A stretch of DNA of 64,000 bases from Pseudomonadota bacterium (lineage in GTDB: Bacteria > Campylobacterota > Campylobacteria > Campylobacterales > Sulfurimonadaceae): the NCBI GenBank assembly GCA_043797085.1, contig JAZDQA010000001.1, positions 1 through 64,000 on the forward strand, given 5' to 3'. Every line of letters starts with the position of its first letter. The first letter of the stretch is position 1. A program made the translations under genes and the position numbers. This document shows positions 42,488-52,535 of this stretch, one piece after another. The notes beneath the pieces are model-generated. The model was not told the origin of the DNA. It made no database searches and saw only the letters and a program-made list of their open reading frames with translations.

Positions 42488-43528
42488 TTATTTAATAGAA
42501 CTGATTTTTTGTGAATCACCCGATTTGGTATCAAGCCAGATATTAGGAGTTGAACCTCCCGGTGTGAGGAAAATTTTCGCGTCTTTGTTTTCTCTCAGAG
42601 CGTCGTTAAATTTACCTTGCACTTTGATTTGTTCAAGTTTGAGTAATCCTGGAGAGAGTGACTGAGCAATAAGATGGTTGGCTTTTGCTTGAGCGATTGC
42701 TTCGATGGTAACCGCATTTGCCGTACCTTGTGCTTCTGTCTCTTTTTTGAACGCTTCTTGTTTGGCACGCTCTACGTCTTGCTGTGCTTTTTCAACTTCT
42801 TGTTTGGCAACCTGAACGCGCTCGATTTGATCTTTTACTTTTTGAGGAAGACCAATTTCACGCAATTGGATTGATTCGAGATCGGCAGGACCATTTTTTT
42901 GACGATCAATATTTGCGCGGATACCCGATTCGATTTTTTGGGCAATCGCATTTCTCATAATCGGCAAAGTCTCTGCATCATATTGACCGATAACGTTACG
43001 AACTACATCGCGTGCCACAGGGTCGATGATTTTATCTTCCCAGCTAAAGCCCCAGTTGGAGATCGTTTGAGCAGCTAGTTGGGCATTAAGACGATATTGA
43101 ACTGTCATATCGATGGATACCGGAAGTCCCCGTTTATCCAAAACCGTGATAGCCGGTTTGAGTAAAATCCCATCCCCCGCAGTAGAGGCACGATCGATTT
43201 TATCGGCATAGTTGATGATACGTACTTTGGTATCAACAATATAGACGTTTTGGATAACAGGGATGAGAAAATGCAGCCCCGGCATTAAGGCATTATCGCT
43301 GTACTTACCGTTAGTGGAGAGAATCCCGCGTTCGCCTTCGTTGATGATAATAAAAGGTTTTGCCAAAAATAGAAGGACTAAAAATCCTCCTATCAGCCAA
43401 AGCATACCTGCTTTTTGTGGATTCATATTGAAGTCGATTTTAGGAGGTTTTGGGGGAGTAAAGCCTCCGTCACTCTTCTTTTCTTCATGTTTTTTCTTAT
43501 TAAAATAATCGTTCATATCGGTTGCCAT
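42488..43528 (-). CDS. SPFH/prohibitin family membrane protein
   Basis: PGLHFLIP, RDVVRNV, QIERVQVAKQE coiled coil; ATG 43528 after AGGA. Confidence 0.88.
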   Translation of the reverse strand: MATDMNDYFNKKKHEEKKSDGGFTPPKPPKIDFNMNPQKAGMLWLIGGFLVLLFLAKPFIIINEGERGILSTNGKYSDNALMPGLHFLIPVIQNVYIVDTKVRIINYADKIDRASTAGDGILLKPAITVLDKRGLPVSIDMTVQYRLNAQLAAQTISNWGFSWEDKIIDPVARDVVRNVIGQYDAETLPIMRNAIAQKIESGIRANIDRQKNGPADLESIQLREIGLPQKVKDQIERVQVAKQEVEKAQQDVERAKQEAFKKETEAQGTANAVTIEAIAQAKANHLIAQSLSPGLLKLEQIKVQGKFNDALRENKDAKIFLTPGGSTPNIWLDTKSGDSQKISSIK

Positions 43529-43551
43529 GATGTTCCTTTTTGTATCAATCT

Positions 43552-43626
43552 CCAGCATTTATGCTGGTAGCTTTAGGGGGTTGCAAGGGACAAATTGTCC
43601 CTGCCACTAAAGCGGACTTGTTCGTT
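43552..43626. other. Multi-hairpin intergenic structure between ilvE and SPFH
   Basis: CCAGCA-ttta-TGCTGG; GCTTTAG...AGGGACAA-a-TTGTCCCT...CTAAAGC; AGCGGAC-tt-GTTCGTT. Confidence 0.5.
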
Positions 43627-44556
43627 TTAGTGTGTATCATCAATATAAGTGAGGTAGTGATCGTAATCAGGATTACGTCCGTATACGATGTCGAAATAGC
43701 TGCTTTGCAGTTTTTCAGTGATTGGACCACGTCCGCCTGCACCCAACACGCGTGCATCTACTTCGCGAACTGGAGTGAGCTCTGCTGCTGTTCCTGTGAG
43801 GAATGCTTCATCCGCAACATAAATTTCTTCACGGGTGATTTTTCGGCGAGTTACTTTCATCCCCATTTTTTCTGCCATTTCGATGACCGTTTTTTGGGTG
43901 ATGGATGCGAGAGAGTTATCGTTTGGAGGGGTGATGATCTCACCGTCTTTTATCATGAAAAACGAAGCACCGCTGGCTTCTGCAACATAACCTTCATCAT
44001 CTAAAAGAAGTGCTTCGTCGTATCCGGCCTCTACAGCTTCAAATTTTGCCATTTGGGAGTTAAGATAGTTAGCGACTGCTTTTGCTTTACCCATGTTTGA
44101 TTTGTTGTTTGGACGGCTGAATGAAGAGATTTTAAGACGAATACCACGCTTCATCCCCTCTTCACCCAAATAAGCACCCCATTCCCATGCAGCAACGGCA
44201 ACTTCAACAGGAGCTTCTTTGTGATAAATCCCCATAACGCCATATCCGAGATAGACAATAGGACGAAGATAGATGTTTTCACCGGTAAAATCGTTGGATT
44301 TAATGAGATCAATTTGTGCTTGGTTGAGTTCTTCAAGAGTATATGGGACAGTGATGAGTGTCATCTTTGCCGATTCGATCAAACGTTTTGTGTGGTCGTT
44401 TAGACGAAAAATGGCATACCCTTTTGGAGTTTTATAGACTTTAGTCCCCTCAATGGCGCCGTTACCGTAGTGGAGCGTGTGAGAAAGGACGTGAATTTTT
44501 GCGTCATTCCAAGGTACTAGTTTTCCGTTCATCCAAATATTTTTGGCTTCGTTCAT
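43627..44556 (-). CDS. ilvE: Branched-chain amino acid aminotransferase
   Basis: LHYG...EG, KAVANYLNS, DEAFLTGTAAE; ATG 44556 after GGAG. Confidence 0.95.
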   Translation of the reverse strand: MNEAKNIWMNGKLVPWNDAKIHVLSHTLHYGNGAIEGTKVYKTPKGYAIFRLNDHTKRLIESAKMTLITVPYTLEELNQAQIDLIKSNDFTGENIYLRPIVYLGYGVMGIYHKEAPVEVAVAAWEWGAYLGEEGMKRGIRLKISSFSRPNNKSNMGKAKAVANYLNSQMAKFEAVEAGYDEALLLDDEGYVAEASGASFFMIKDGEIITPPNDNSLASITQKTVIEMAEKMGMKVTRRKITREEIYVADEAFLTGTAAELTPVREVDARVLGAGGRGPITEKLQSSYFDIVYGRNPDYDHYLTYIDDTH

Positions 44557-44647
44557 AGTGAAAATCTCCAAAATAAAAATTAGGTGATTCTAGCGCAGAT
44601 GCCATTTAACATTGATTAAGCGGTATATTTCTCTCAAAAAAGGTGTT

Positions 44648-44664
44648 GCACGCATGGTGCGTGC
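44648..44664 (-). terminator. Rho-independent terminator after the globin gene
   Basis: GCACGCA-tgg-TGCGTGC stem followed by a T-tract on the minus strand. Confidence 0.55.
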
Positions 44665-44686
44665 TTTCACTAATATTAAAATAAAG

Positions 44687-45133
44687 TTAGTGCGTTGGGG
44701 TATTAATCATCCAAATAGAGAAAATATCCGCATAATCCCAAAATGACTGAATGTATTCAGGACTGACTCCCTCATCTTCGAGTGCCGGAAGCAAAACCGC
44801 ATAAAACTCAAGCCATCGGCGGCGGGCTGATTCGTCAATACGAAACGGTGCATGTCGTCCAACCATTCGAGGCTCACCACGTGTTTGCGCGAAATAATCA
44901 GGACCTCCGCAAATTTGAATGAAAAAATCTGCAGCGTGTTTTTTGGCAGTGCTGAAATCTTCTTCGTCATTCACCGGAAACAAAAAAGCGATATCACTGG
45001 TACGGATCATCTCATAATGATCGTCCACCATTTTACGAAAACGCTCTTCTCCTACTTGGAAAAAAAATCCCGGATGAGGTTTGGTTACCGGAGGGCGTAC
45101 CCCTAAAACACCGTCGGTTATGGTCAAGTTCAT
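44687..45133 (-). CDS. Truncated (2/2) globin, group II-like
   Basis: FFIQICGGPDY, RMVGRHAPFRI...RRRWL. Confidence 0.8.
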   Translation of the reverse strand: MNLTITDGVLGVRPPVTKPHPGFFFQVGEERFRKMVDDHYEMIRTSDIAFLFPVNDEEDFSTAKKHAADFFIQICGGPDYFAQTRGEPRMVGRHAPFRIDESARRRWLEFYAVLLPALEDEGVSPEYIQSFWDYADIFSIWMINTPTH

Positions 45134-45265
45134 TATTGTCCCTTTGATAAATATGGGGATATTCTAAAACATATCCAACAAAAAACGCCTTAAAGTGAGT
45201 GCGTCTTTCTCTTTTTAGGTGATGATTTGTATAATAAAAGAATAATTTACCGATGAGGCTGATGT

Positions 45266-46681
45266 ATGGATGCACATATTTGGATGGGGTCAGAAGAAAT
45301 CAAACGTGATAGCATGTTAGAACGATGCAGTCCGTACGATGGGCGCATTGTGTCACGTTCTTCGGTGTGCAGTGTGGATGATGCTCGTCAAGCACTGAAT
45401 GTCGCACAAAATGCGTCTAAAATCGCTAAAAAAGTTCCGCTTCATCAACGATGTTCGTGGTTATTGGATGTCGCAAGTAAATTGCGAGAACAGCGTGAGG
45501 AGTTTGCCCGTGTTTTGTGTGATGAGGTTGGCAAGCCCATTAGTTACGCTCGTATCGAGGTGGATCGCTGTATCGAAACCATTACTCTTTCTGCTGAAAC
45601 AATGCGTACCATACATGGTGAGACGATCAATACCGATGCAATGCCAAGCGGTCGAAAAGCCCATGCGTATTGGCAGAGAGTTCCGTGCGGTGTTGTCGTA
45701 GCGATTACTCCGTTTAATTTTCCGCTCAATCTTGTCGCGCATAAACTTGCTCCCGCATTGGTGGCCGGTAATGCAGTGGTGCTTAAACCTACTCCTGAAG
45801 CTCCTCTTTGTGCGTACAAACTAGCAAAACTTTTTATCGAAAGCCCCTATGCAACCAAAGATGCGCTGAGTGTCGTTTACGGTGATGCCGAAGTGGGAAG
45901 CACATTAGTAGGGAGTGATATTCCCAGAGTCATTAGCTTTACCGGTTCTGTTGGAGTAGGAAACATCATTACCAAAAGTGCAGGGATTAAAAAAATCTCT
46001 TTGGAGCTTGGAGGTAATGCAGCGACCTACATCGACGACAGTGCAGATTTGGATTATGCCGCATCGCGTTGTGCCATTGGAGCATTTGTCAACTCAGGGC
46101 AGGTGTGCATCTCGCTTCAGCGTATTTATGTAGATAGCTCAATTTATGATGAATTTGCAGTAAAAATGGCAGAAGCAACATCCAAGCTAATCGTCGGTTC
46201 TCCCTATGATGAAGATACTTTTCTAGGACCGCTTATCAATGATGAAGCAGCACTTCGTGCAATGAGTTGGGTAGAGAGCGCCATTACAGAGGGAGCGGGC
46301 GCATTGACCCCTCCTCGGTGTGAGGGACGCATCTTTTATCCGTGTGTGATGGCGGATGTAACGGAGAATATGAAAATCGTCTGTGAAGAGGTTTTTGCCC
46401 CCATCGTTAGTTTGGTAAAAGTGGATGGAATCGATGATGCAATTGTGAGAATGAATAACTCTCCATATGGATTGCAGTTTTCCATATTTACCAACAACCT
46501 TGCTCATGCCACTCAAGCGATAGAAGAGCTCGACGCAGGCGGGGTGGTCATCAACGATATGCCAACGCTTCGTTTTGACATTCAGCCCTATGGCGGAGTG
46601 AAACTCAGTGGTGTCGGGCGTGAAGGTCCACGTTTCGCCATCGAAGAGTTTACGGAAATTAAATCAATCGTAATTTTATAA
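45266..46681 (+). CDS. Aldehyde dehydrogenase family protein
   Basis: ITPFNFP, LELGGN, GQVCIS, EEVFAP, PYGGVKLSG. Confidence 0.92.
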   Translation: MDAHIWMGSEEIKRDSMLERCSPYDGRIVSRSSVCSVDDARQALNVAQNASKIAKKVPLHQRCSWLLDVASKLREQREEFARVLCDEVGKPISYARIEVDRCIETITLSAETMRTIHGETINTDAMPSGRKAHAYWQRVPCGVVVAITPFNFPLNLVAHKLAPALVAGNAVVLKPTPEAPLCAYKLAKLFIESPYATKDALSVVYGDAEVGSTLVGSDIPRVISFTGSVGVGNIITKSAGIKKISLELGGNAATYIDDSADLDYAASRCAIGAFVNSGQVCISLQRIYVDSSIYDEFAVKMAEATSKLIVGSPYDEDTFLGPLINDEAALRAMSWVESAITEGAGALTPPRCEGRIFYPCVMADVTENMKIVCEEVFAPIVSLVKVDGIDDAIVRMNNSPYGLQFSIFTNNLAHATQAIEELDAGGVVINDMPTLRFDIQPYGGVKLSGVGREGPRFAIEEFTEIKSIVIL

Positions 46682-46692
46682 TAAAGGTATTA

Positions 46693-47163
46693 ATGATGTT
46701 AGAACTAGAAAGCACCGCCCCCGATTTTTGTTTGAGTAACCAAGACGACGTAGAGATTTGTCTGCGCGATTTGCGCGGTAAATGGATTGTCCTTTATTTT
46801 TATCCGAAAGATTCAACTCCCGGTTGTACGACTGAAGCGTGTGAGTTTACGGCATCGGTGGATGAGTATGATGATATGGGAGCGATTATTTTAGGTGTGA
46901 GTGCTGACAGTACCAAAGCGCATCGTAACTTTATCGAGAAACAAAATCTCGGTATTACACTGCTTAGTGATCCAACCACGCAAATGATGCAAGCTTACGG
47001 CGTATGGGCAATGAAAAAGAACTATGGTAAAGAGTACATGGGCATTGTACGTTCAACGTACATCATCGACCCAAAAGGGGTTGTAAAAGCGGTATGGACA
47101 AACGTTAAAGTAAAAGATCATGTGATAAAAGTAAAAGAAGAGTTAGTGAAGTTGCAGGGGTAA
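46693..47163 (+). CDS. bcp: Peroxiredoxin Bcp
   Basis: YFYPKDSTPGCTTEAC. Confidence 0.93.
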   Translation: MMLELESTAPDFCLSNQDDVEICLRDLRGKWIVLYFYPKDSTPGCTTEACEFTASVDEYDDMGAIILGVSADSTKAHRNFIEKQNLGITLLSDPTTQMMQAYGVWAMKKNYGKEYMGIVRSTYIIDPKGVVKAVWTNVKVKDHVIKVKEELVKLQG

Positions 47164-47172
47164 AAATCGGAA

Positions 47173-47233
47173 CCGACACTTTAGTGTCGGAAAGTAAAGG
47201 CGGGACTAATACCCAAGGGGTAGACCCAGTCCC
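47173..47233. terminator. Twin hairpins between convergent bcp and DUF3373 genes
   Basis: CCGACAC-ttta-GTGTCGG and GGGACT...TACCC-aag-GGGTA...AGTCCC. Confidence 0.5.
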
Positions 47234-47250
47234 ACTTCCAAGAATAATAT

Positions 47251-48783
47251 TTAGAATCTATAACGAATATAAGCACGAATATCTTGTGCTTTGTCGACAA
47301 TCATAGAGCTTGGTGTTGATGATATATTATAAGGTGTACCACTGGTACTTCCAAAGAATCCATTACTTCCTGCATAATCATAATTGATATAAGTATAACG
47401 AAGTTGGAATGTCAAAATATCATCGACAAGAGGCTCTGTGAAATAAATTTCATACGCATCTCCACGAGCTGCGATTTTAGATCCGATTAGAGTATCTTCA
47501 CCGTAGGTGATTGGACGCCAGTAGTTCGAACCGTGGTTAAACTCTGCTCCCCATCGTCCTTCATCGCTGATAAGAGATGGGAACTGGGTTCCGATCCAAT
47601 AGCTATAGCCTGTTTTACTTTCAAATGGATTAGCACCACCAAGCATTCCTTGTTTGCCAGTTCCATTATATGGATCTGTTTTAGACATTGCACCACTGAA
47701 AAAAAGCGTTGTATCATCCAAAAAGTCACTTAATCCATCGCCGATACCATTAACCATTGCAAAAGCAGTTGCTGTATGAAGACCACCCACAGTCTCTAAT
47801 GCACCTGTTGGAGAGATTGGATTTATATCGATCAGATTGTTAGCATAAGTATACTGGAATCCCGTGCTGTATTGCTTGTCGTCATAAGGTACAACGATAA
47901 TCCCTACCATGTCGATATTGTTAGTGACATTGTTTTGATCACTATAAGGGGCTGAGCTAAAACGTGGCTCCGCTTGACTCATCCCGCGACCGGCACAGAG
48001 TTTGAAATACGATCCATCGAGACCGATAAGCTCTTCAGTTCCGAATTTGGCACTGGCACCGTCAAACTCAACATTAACCGTATGGGCAAGAGGAGACGAA
48101 GCATGGTCATCATCACGTATATTGATGAGGTGTCCCTCGGTAGAGGGGCGACGACCGATACTGACTGTCCATGGAATATCAGTTCCCATAAACTCATCAT
48201 CAGTATAGAAAAAATAAGCAGAACGGACACGAAGGGTATCATCGTAGGCTGCTTCAGAGCTAATCCAGTCAAATCCTTCCATTCCAGCAGGTGTTAGTGT
48301 TGCGCCACGTTGTCCAAATGTTTTATTGTAGGCAAGTTGCCCTACAAAGCTGAGTTCTTTTGTTGCCGCATAGCTCATTCCCAGCCACAAACGGTTACTC
48401 AACAGCGCATCATTTTTTTGTTTGCTTCCATCTGCCATTGTATATTGAAGATTATCCAAACTGGTACGGAAATCGACATCAAATTTTAAATGGTTTCCAT
48501 TGGTTCTTTTGTTGATGCTGCTCAATTGATCTTTAATGTCATCAATCTCTTTGGCAACATCTTCGTTGGCGGCAGTTGCTTTCTTGTTACTTGTCGGAGC
48601 AGCGACAACAGCTGTTTTTTGATCCGAGTCAACTTTTTGGGCTTTCAGTGTGTTTAGCTCTGCTTTAAGAGCTGCCATCTCTTTTTCCATCTTATCGAAT
48701 CGTTGTAAAATGGTATCATCAGCGATTACAGTGGTAGAAAGAAGCGCTGCAGCGACGATCGATCCTAAAAACTTTTGTTTCAT
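47251..48783 (-). CDS. DUF3373 family outer-membrane (porin-like) protein
   Basis: Signal peptide, N-terminal coiled coil, NRLWLGM, SIGRRPST, C-terminal YIRYRF. Confidence 0.75.
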   Translation of the reverse strand: MKQKFLGSIVAAALLSTTVIADDTILQRFDKMEKEMAALKAELNTLKAQKVDSDQKTAVVAAPTSNKKATAANEDVAKEIDDIKDQLSSINKRTNGNHLKFDVDFRTSLDNLQYTMADGSKQKNDALLSNRLWLGMSYAATKELSFVGQLAYNKTFGQRGATLTPAGMEGFDWISSEAAYDDTLRVRSAYFFYTDDEFMGTDIPWTVSIGRRPSTEGHLINIRDDDHASSPLAHTVNVEFDGASAKFGTEELIGLDGSYFKLCAGRGMSQAEPRFSSAPYSDQNNVTNNIDMVGIIVVPYDDKQYSTGFQYTYANNLIDINPISPTGALETVGGLHTATAFAMVNGIGDGLSDFLDDTTLFFSGAMSKTDPYNGTGKQGMLGGANPFESKTGYSYWIGTQFPSLISDEGRWGAEFNHGSNYWRPITYGEDTLIGSKIAARGDAYEIYFTEPLVDDILTFQLRYTYINYDYAGSNGFFGSTSGTPYNISSTPSSMIVDKAQDIRAYIRYRF

Positions 48784-49004
48784 AATTTGACTCCTTAAGT
48801 CTTTGGTTTATTGTATGGTAGATTCAATGACCTTGCATTGCTTTCAATGATATTAGCAAAAATTATATAAAAGCAATTTGAAAGCATCATTGTTTAGTGA
48901 TAAAAGTGTGACGAAAGTAACTAATAACAATTAATACAGCTAATATTAAGAGGATTCCAAGTAAAATTCGCCCGATTTTCTCTCCTCTTATGACGTGAGT
49001 AAAA

Positions 49005-49108
49005 ATTCGCAAGCGAATAAATTGTTCTCGTGCATCCGATGTTTCGTCGGCTCTGTTGATAATCGCCCAAGTAAACGAAGAGCAAATACTTTAATACAGG
49101 AGTTACTC
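49005..49108 (+). promoter_or_regulatory. Structured rpsB 5' leader (possible S2 autoregulatory element)
   Basis: ATTCGC/GCGAAT hairpin, TTGTTCTCGT...ACGAAGAGCAA outer stem enclosing CCGATG/CGTCGG. Confidence 0.4.
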
Positions 49109-49882
49109 ATGGTAACTATGAAAGATTTACTAGAGTGCGGTGTACATTTCGGTCACCAAACACGTCGTTGGAATCCAAAAATGAAAAAATACATTTTTGG
49201 CGTTCGTAAAAACATTTACATCATCGATCTACAAAAAACATTGCGTTTTTTCCGTAGCGCATATCAGCAAGTTCTTGACGCTGCAGCTGAGGGACAAACG
49301 GTTCTTTTCGTAGGAACTAAAAAACAAGCTCGTGTTGCTATCCGTGATGCAGCTATTTCATGTGGTATGCCATACGTTGACAACCGCTGGTTGGGTGGAA
49401 TGTTGACAAACTTCCCAACAATCCAAAAATCAATCCGTAAACTTGAAATCATCGAAGAGATGCAAGCAAACGGTCAAATGGGTCTTCTAACTAAAAAAGA
49501 AGCGTTGATGATGGGTCGCCAAAAAGATAAATTGATCGCATATCTTGGTGGTATCCGTAACATGAAAACTTTGCCTGACATGATGTTCGTTATCGATGCA
49601 GTAAAAGAAAACATTGCAGTTCTTGAAGCGCGTCACCTCGGTATCCGTGTTGTTGCACCTCTTGATACTAACTGTGATCCAGACGTAATCGACATTCCAA
49701 TCCCTGGAAATGACGATGCTATCCGTTCAATTCAACTTTTCTGTAAAGAAATGGCAGAAGCGATCAACGAAGGTAAAGCACTTCGTAACGGTGGAAACGA
49801 AGAAGAAGTAACTGAAGAAGAAATGGCTCCGGAAGCAGCAGCTGTTGAAGCACCTGTTGCAGCAGTAGCAGAAGAAGCGTAA
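49109..49882 (+). CDS. rpsB: 30S ribosomal protein S2
   Basis: [27 protein letters not shown] 49109 after AGGAG. Confidence 0.98.
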   Translation: MVTMKDLLECGVHFGHQTRRWNPKMKKYIFGVRKNIYIIDLQKTLRFFRSAYQQVLDAAAEGQTVLFVGTKKQARVAIRDAAISCGMPYVDNRWLGGMLTNFPTIQKSIRKLEIIEEMQANGQMGLLTKKEALMMGRQKDKLIAYLGGIRNMKTLPDMMFVIDAVKENIAVLEARHLGIRVVAPLDTNCDPDVIDIPIPGNDDAIRSIQLFCKEMAEAINEGKALRNGGNEEEVTEEEMAPEAAAVEAPVAAVAEEA

Positions 49883-49884
49883 TC

Positions 49885-50952
49885 ATGGCAGACGTAACAG
49901 CAGCAATGGTCAAAGACCTTCGTACGGCGACTGATGCGCCTATGATGGATTGTAAAAAAGCACTCACTGAGTGTGATGGCGACATGGAAAAAGCAAAAGA
50001 ATTTTTGCGTGACCGTGGTATGGCTCAAACTGCTAAAAAAGCGGATCGTGTTGCAGCTGAAGGACTTTTGGGTCTTAAAGTTTCTGAAACATTTACCTCT
50101 GCTTCTTTGGTAGAAATTAACTCTGAAACGGATTTTGTTGCAAAAAATGACGGCTTTATCGCTCTTGTTGGCAACACTGCAGCACACGTATTTACTACAG
50201 GTGTCAGTTCAGTAGAAGAGTTGAATGAAACGTCATACGAAACAGGAACTTTTTCAGAATACTTTACGTCTCAAGTAGCTCGTATCGGTGAAAAAATTGT
50301 AACTCGTCGTTTTGTAACACTAAATGCAGCTGAAAACGGATGTGTAAACGGTTATGTTCACACAAACGGCCGTGTTGGTGTTTTGGTAGCAATCACATGT
50401 GATTCTCAAAAAACAGCAGCAGCATTGGCTCCAATGGTACGTAACATCGCAATGCACGCATCTGCAATGAAACCTACTACTATGAGTTACAATGATTTCG
50501 ATCCTGTATACGTTCAAGAAGAAACAATCGGTCGTATCGAAGCGATCAAAACTGAGAACGAAGAACTTGCACGTTTGAAAAAACCTCTCAAAAATGTTCC
50601 TCAGTATATTTCTATGTCTCAGTTAACTCCTGAAGTTATGGCTGCGGCAGAAGAAGCGATCAAAGCTAAATTGCTAGCTGATGGCAAACCTGAAAAAATT
50701 TGGGCAAACATCATCCCTGGACAATTGGCTCGTTTCGTAGCAGACAATACAACTTTGGATAAAGAACTTGCATTGTTGGATCAAAACTACGTTATGGATG
50801 ATTCTATGACTGTAGCGCAAGCACTGACAAAAGAAGCTGCCGCTCACGGTGGAACAGCAAGCATCGTTGAATTCGTGAAATACGAAGTCGGCGAAGGCTT
50901 AGAGAAAAAAGTAGACAACTTCGCAGAAGAAGTCGCTGCTCAAATGGCGTAA
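49885..50952 (+). CDS. tsf: Elongation factor Ts (long Campylobacterota form)
   Basis: [17 protein letters not shown]. Confidence 0.97.
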   Translation: MADVTAAMVKDLRTATDAPMMDCKKALTECDGDMEKAKEFLRDRGMAQTAKKADRVAAEGLLGLKVSETFTSASLVEINSETDFVAKNDGFIALVGNTAAHVFTTGVSSVEELNETSYETGTFSEYFTSQVARIGEKIVTRRFVTLNAAENGCVNGYVHTNGRVGVLVAITCDSQKTAAALAPMVRNIAMHASAMKPTTMSYNDFDPVYVQEETIGRIEAIKTENEELARLKKPLKNVPQYISMSQLTPEVMAAAEEAIKAKLLADGKPEKIWANIIPGQLARFVADNTTLDKELALLDQNYVMDDSMTVAQALTKEAAAHGGTASIVEFVKYEVGEGLEKKVDNFAEEVAAQMA

Positions 50953-50981
50953 ATCAAACCAAAGGTTTGTTTACGCCATTT
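50942..50981 (+). terminator. Long hairpin containing the tsf stop codon
   Basis: AAATGGCGTAAA-t-CAAACC-aaa-GGTTTG-TTTACGCCATTT. Confidence 0.55.
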
Positions 50982-50997
50982 TCGCTTTTCATTATTT

Positions 50998-51087
50998 AAC
51001 GCTAATCGGAACACGTCCCGAATAGCTACGTTAACACTGGGTTCTCTTCGGCAGAGAGCCCAAGCGCAGTTACCGCGCTTTTTTTTT
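50998..51087 (+). repeat. Three-hairpin intergenic element, copy 2 (ends in terminator-like stem plus T9)
   Basis: Homologous to the reverse complement of 42405-42486. Confidence 0.75.
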
Positions 51088-51122
51088 ACTCTCCTTAAAC
51101 ATTTTTCTCCTATAATTCCCCC

Positions 51123-51767
51123 ATGATACTTTTAAAAGCAACCTCACTCTCTCATCGTTTTGATTATCCCCTCTTTAATGATATTTCATTGGAATTGCAT
51201 GCCCGTGAATCGATAGCCATTGTTGGTGTCAGCGGCAGCGGAAAATCGACGCTTTTGCACATCCTTTCTTCACTTTTAAAACCCAACAGCGGTAATGTCG
51301 AACTTTTTGGAAAAGATATTTATACTTTGGATGATAAGCAGTTGGTACAGCTTCGTCGTCATGATTTGGGATTGATTTATCAAAGCCACTATCTTTTTAA
51401 AGGGTTTAGTGCCTATGAAAATCTCGAAGTTGCGGCAATTTTAGCGGGAGAAACCATCGACCCTGCCTTGTTAGTAAACCTTGGAATCGCTCAAGTGATA
51501 GGACAAAAGGTGACGGAACTCTCAGGCGGTCAGCAACAGCGTGTCTCGATTGCCCGAATTCTCTCCAAGAAACCGCGTCTTATTTTCGCCGATGAACCGA
51601 CGGGCAATCTCGATCACGCTACGGCTTCGGAAGTGATGGATCTTTTTATGGATTATTTGATTTCGCATGATGCAGGATTACTTCTCGTTACACACGATGA
51701 AGCGTTAGCCGCACGGTGTGACCATATTTACCGTATGGTCGATGGCTCTTTGGTGCGAGGTAAGTAG
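51123..51767 (+). CDS. ABC transporter ATP-binding protein (LolD-like)
   Basis: GVSGSGKS, LSGGQQQR, ADEPTGNLD, VTHD. Confidence 0.9.
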   Translation: MILLKATSLSHRFDYPLFNDISLELHARESIAIVGVSGSGKSTLLHILSSLLKPNSGNVELFGKDIYTLDDKQLVQLRRHDLGLIYQSHYLFKGFSAYENLEVAAILAGETIDPALLVNLGIAQVIGQKVTELSGGQQQRVSIARILSKKPRLIFADEPTGNLDHATASEVMDLFMDYLISHDAGLLLVTHDEALAARCDHIYRMVDGSLVRGK

Positions 51768-51770
51768 AGC

Positions 51771-52535
51771 GTGGAATGGGCTGAGATTTTTAGTGAAGGA
51801 AGGACAGCTGCATTTATTCTGTTGTTCGTCCGTTTTAGCGCACTTTTTATGGCAGTCCCCATTTTCTCTCATGCGAATATTCCAATGTCGGTGAAAGCCG
51901 CTATGGCATTCTTTTTTACCGTTTTCTTTTTTGGTGCGCTTCCGCCGTTGCAAATTCATTTGGATGCTGCCAGTTTAACCGTGGCAATTTTGGGGGAGAT
52001 GCTCTTTGGATTAACCGTTGGGATCATTTTACAGCTCGCGTATCATGTTATAACGTTTGCAGGAGGGCAAATATCCTTTATGATGGGATTTTCGCTTGCT
52101 TCGGCTATTGATCCGCAGTCAGGTGTTTCAATGCCGATTATCGGACAGTTTTTGGCATTGATTTCACTCATGGTACTTTTGACCCTTGATATGCACCATT
52201 GGATATTATTGTTTGCTTCTGAATCTATTGCGTCTGTCCCATTAGGCGGTTTTATGGTAACGCCTGAGCTTTTTAAATACATTATGCATGGTATGCTCAA
52301 TATGTTTGTGGTGGGCTTTATGATTGCCTTTCCCATCACGGCACTTTCGATGCTTGCCGATGTTATTTTTGGAATGCTTATGAAGACAATGCCTCAATTT
52401 AACTTATTGGTTATTGGTATGCCGATTAAAATCGGTGTGGCATTTGTAGTGTTGATGGCAACACTTGCTGCAACGATGATGATTGTCAGTTCCCAGATGC
52501 AAAGTGCGTTTGCGGTTTTGGGAAAATTATTTTAA
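51771..52535 (+). CDS. fliR: Flagellar export protein FliR
   Basis: AGGQISFMMGF, KTMPQFNLLVIGMP. Confidence 0.93.
   Translation: MEWAEIFSEGRTAAFILLFVRFSALFMAVPIFSHANIPMSVKAAMAFFFTVFFFGALPPLQIHLDAASLTVAILGEMLFGLTVGIILQLAYHVITFAGGQISFMMGFSLASAIDPQSGVSMPIIGQFLALISLMVLLTLDMHHWILLFASESIASVPLGGFMVTPELFKYIMHGMLNMFVVGFMIAFPITALSMLADVIFGMLMKTMPQFNLLVIGMPIKIGVAFVVLMATLAATMMIVSSQMQSAFAVLGKLF

Noticed and set aside
48995..49108. N-terminal extension of S2 in the ORF track
   Set aside because: The AGGAG RBS and conserved MVTMKDLLE start place the true ATG at 49109. Similar over-extended starts were corrected for pseI, pseB, rnhB, hisIE, purF, ilvE, SPFH and others.
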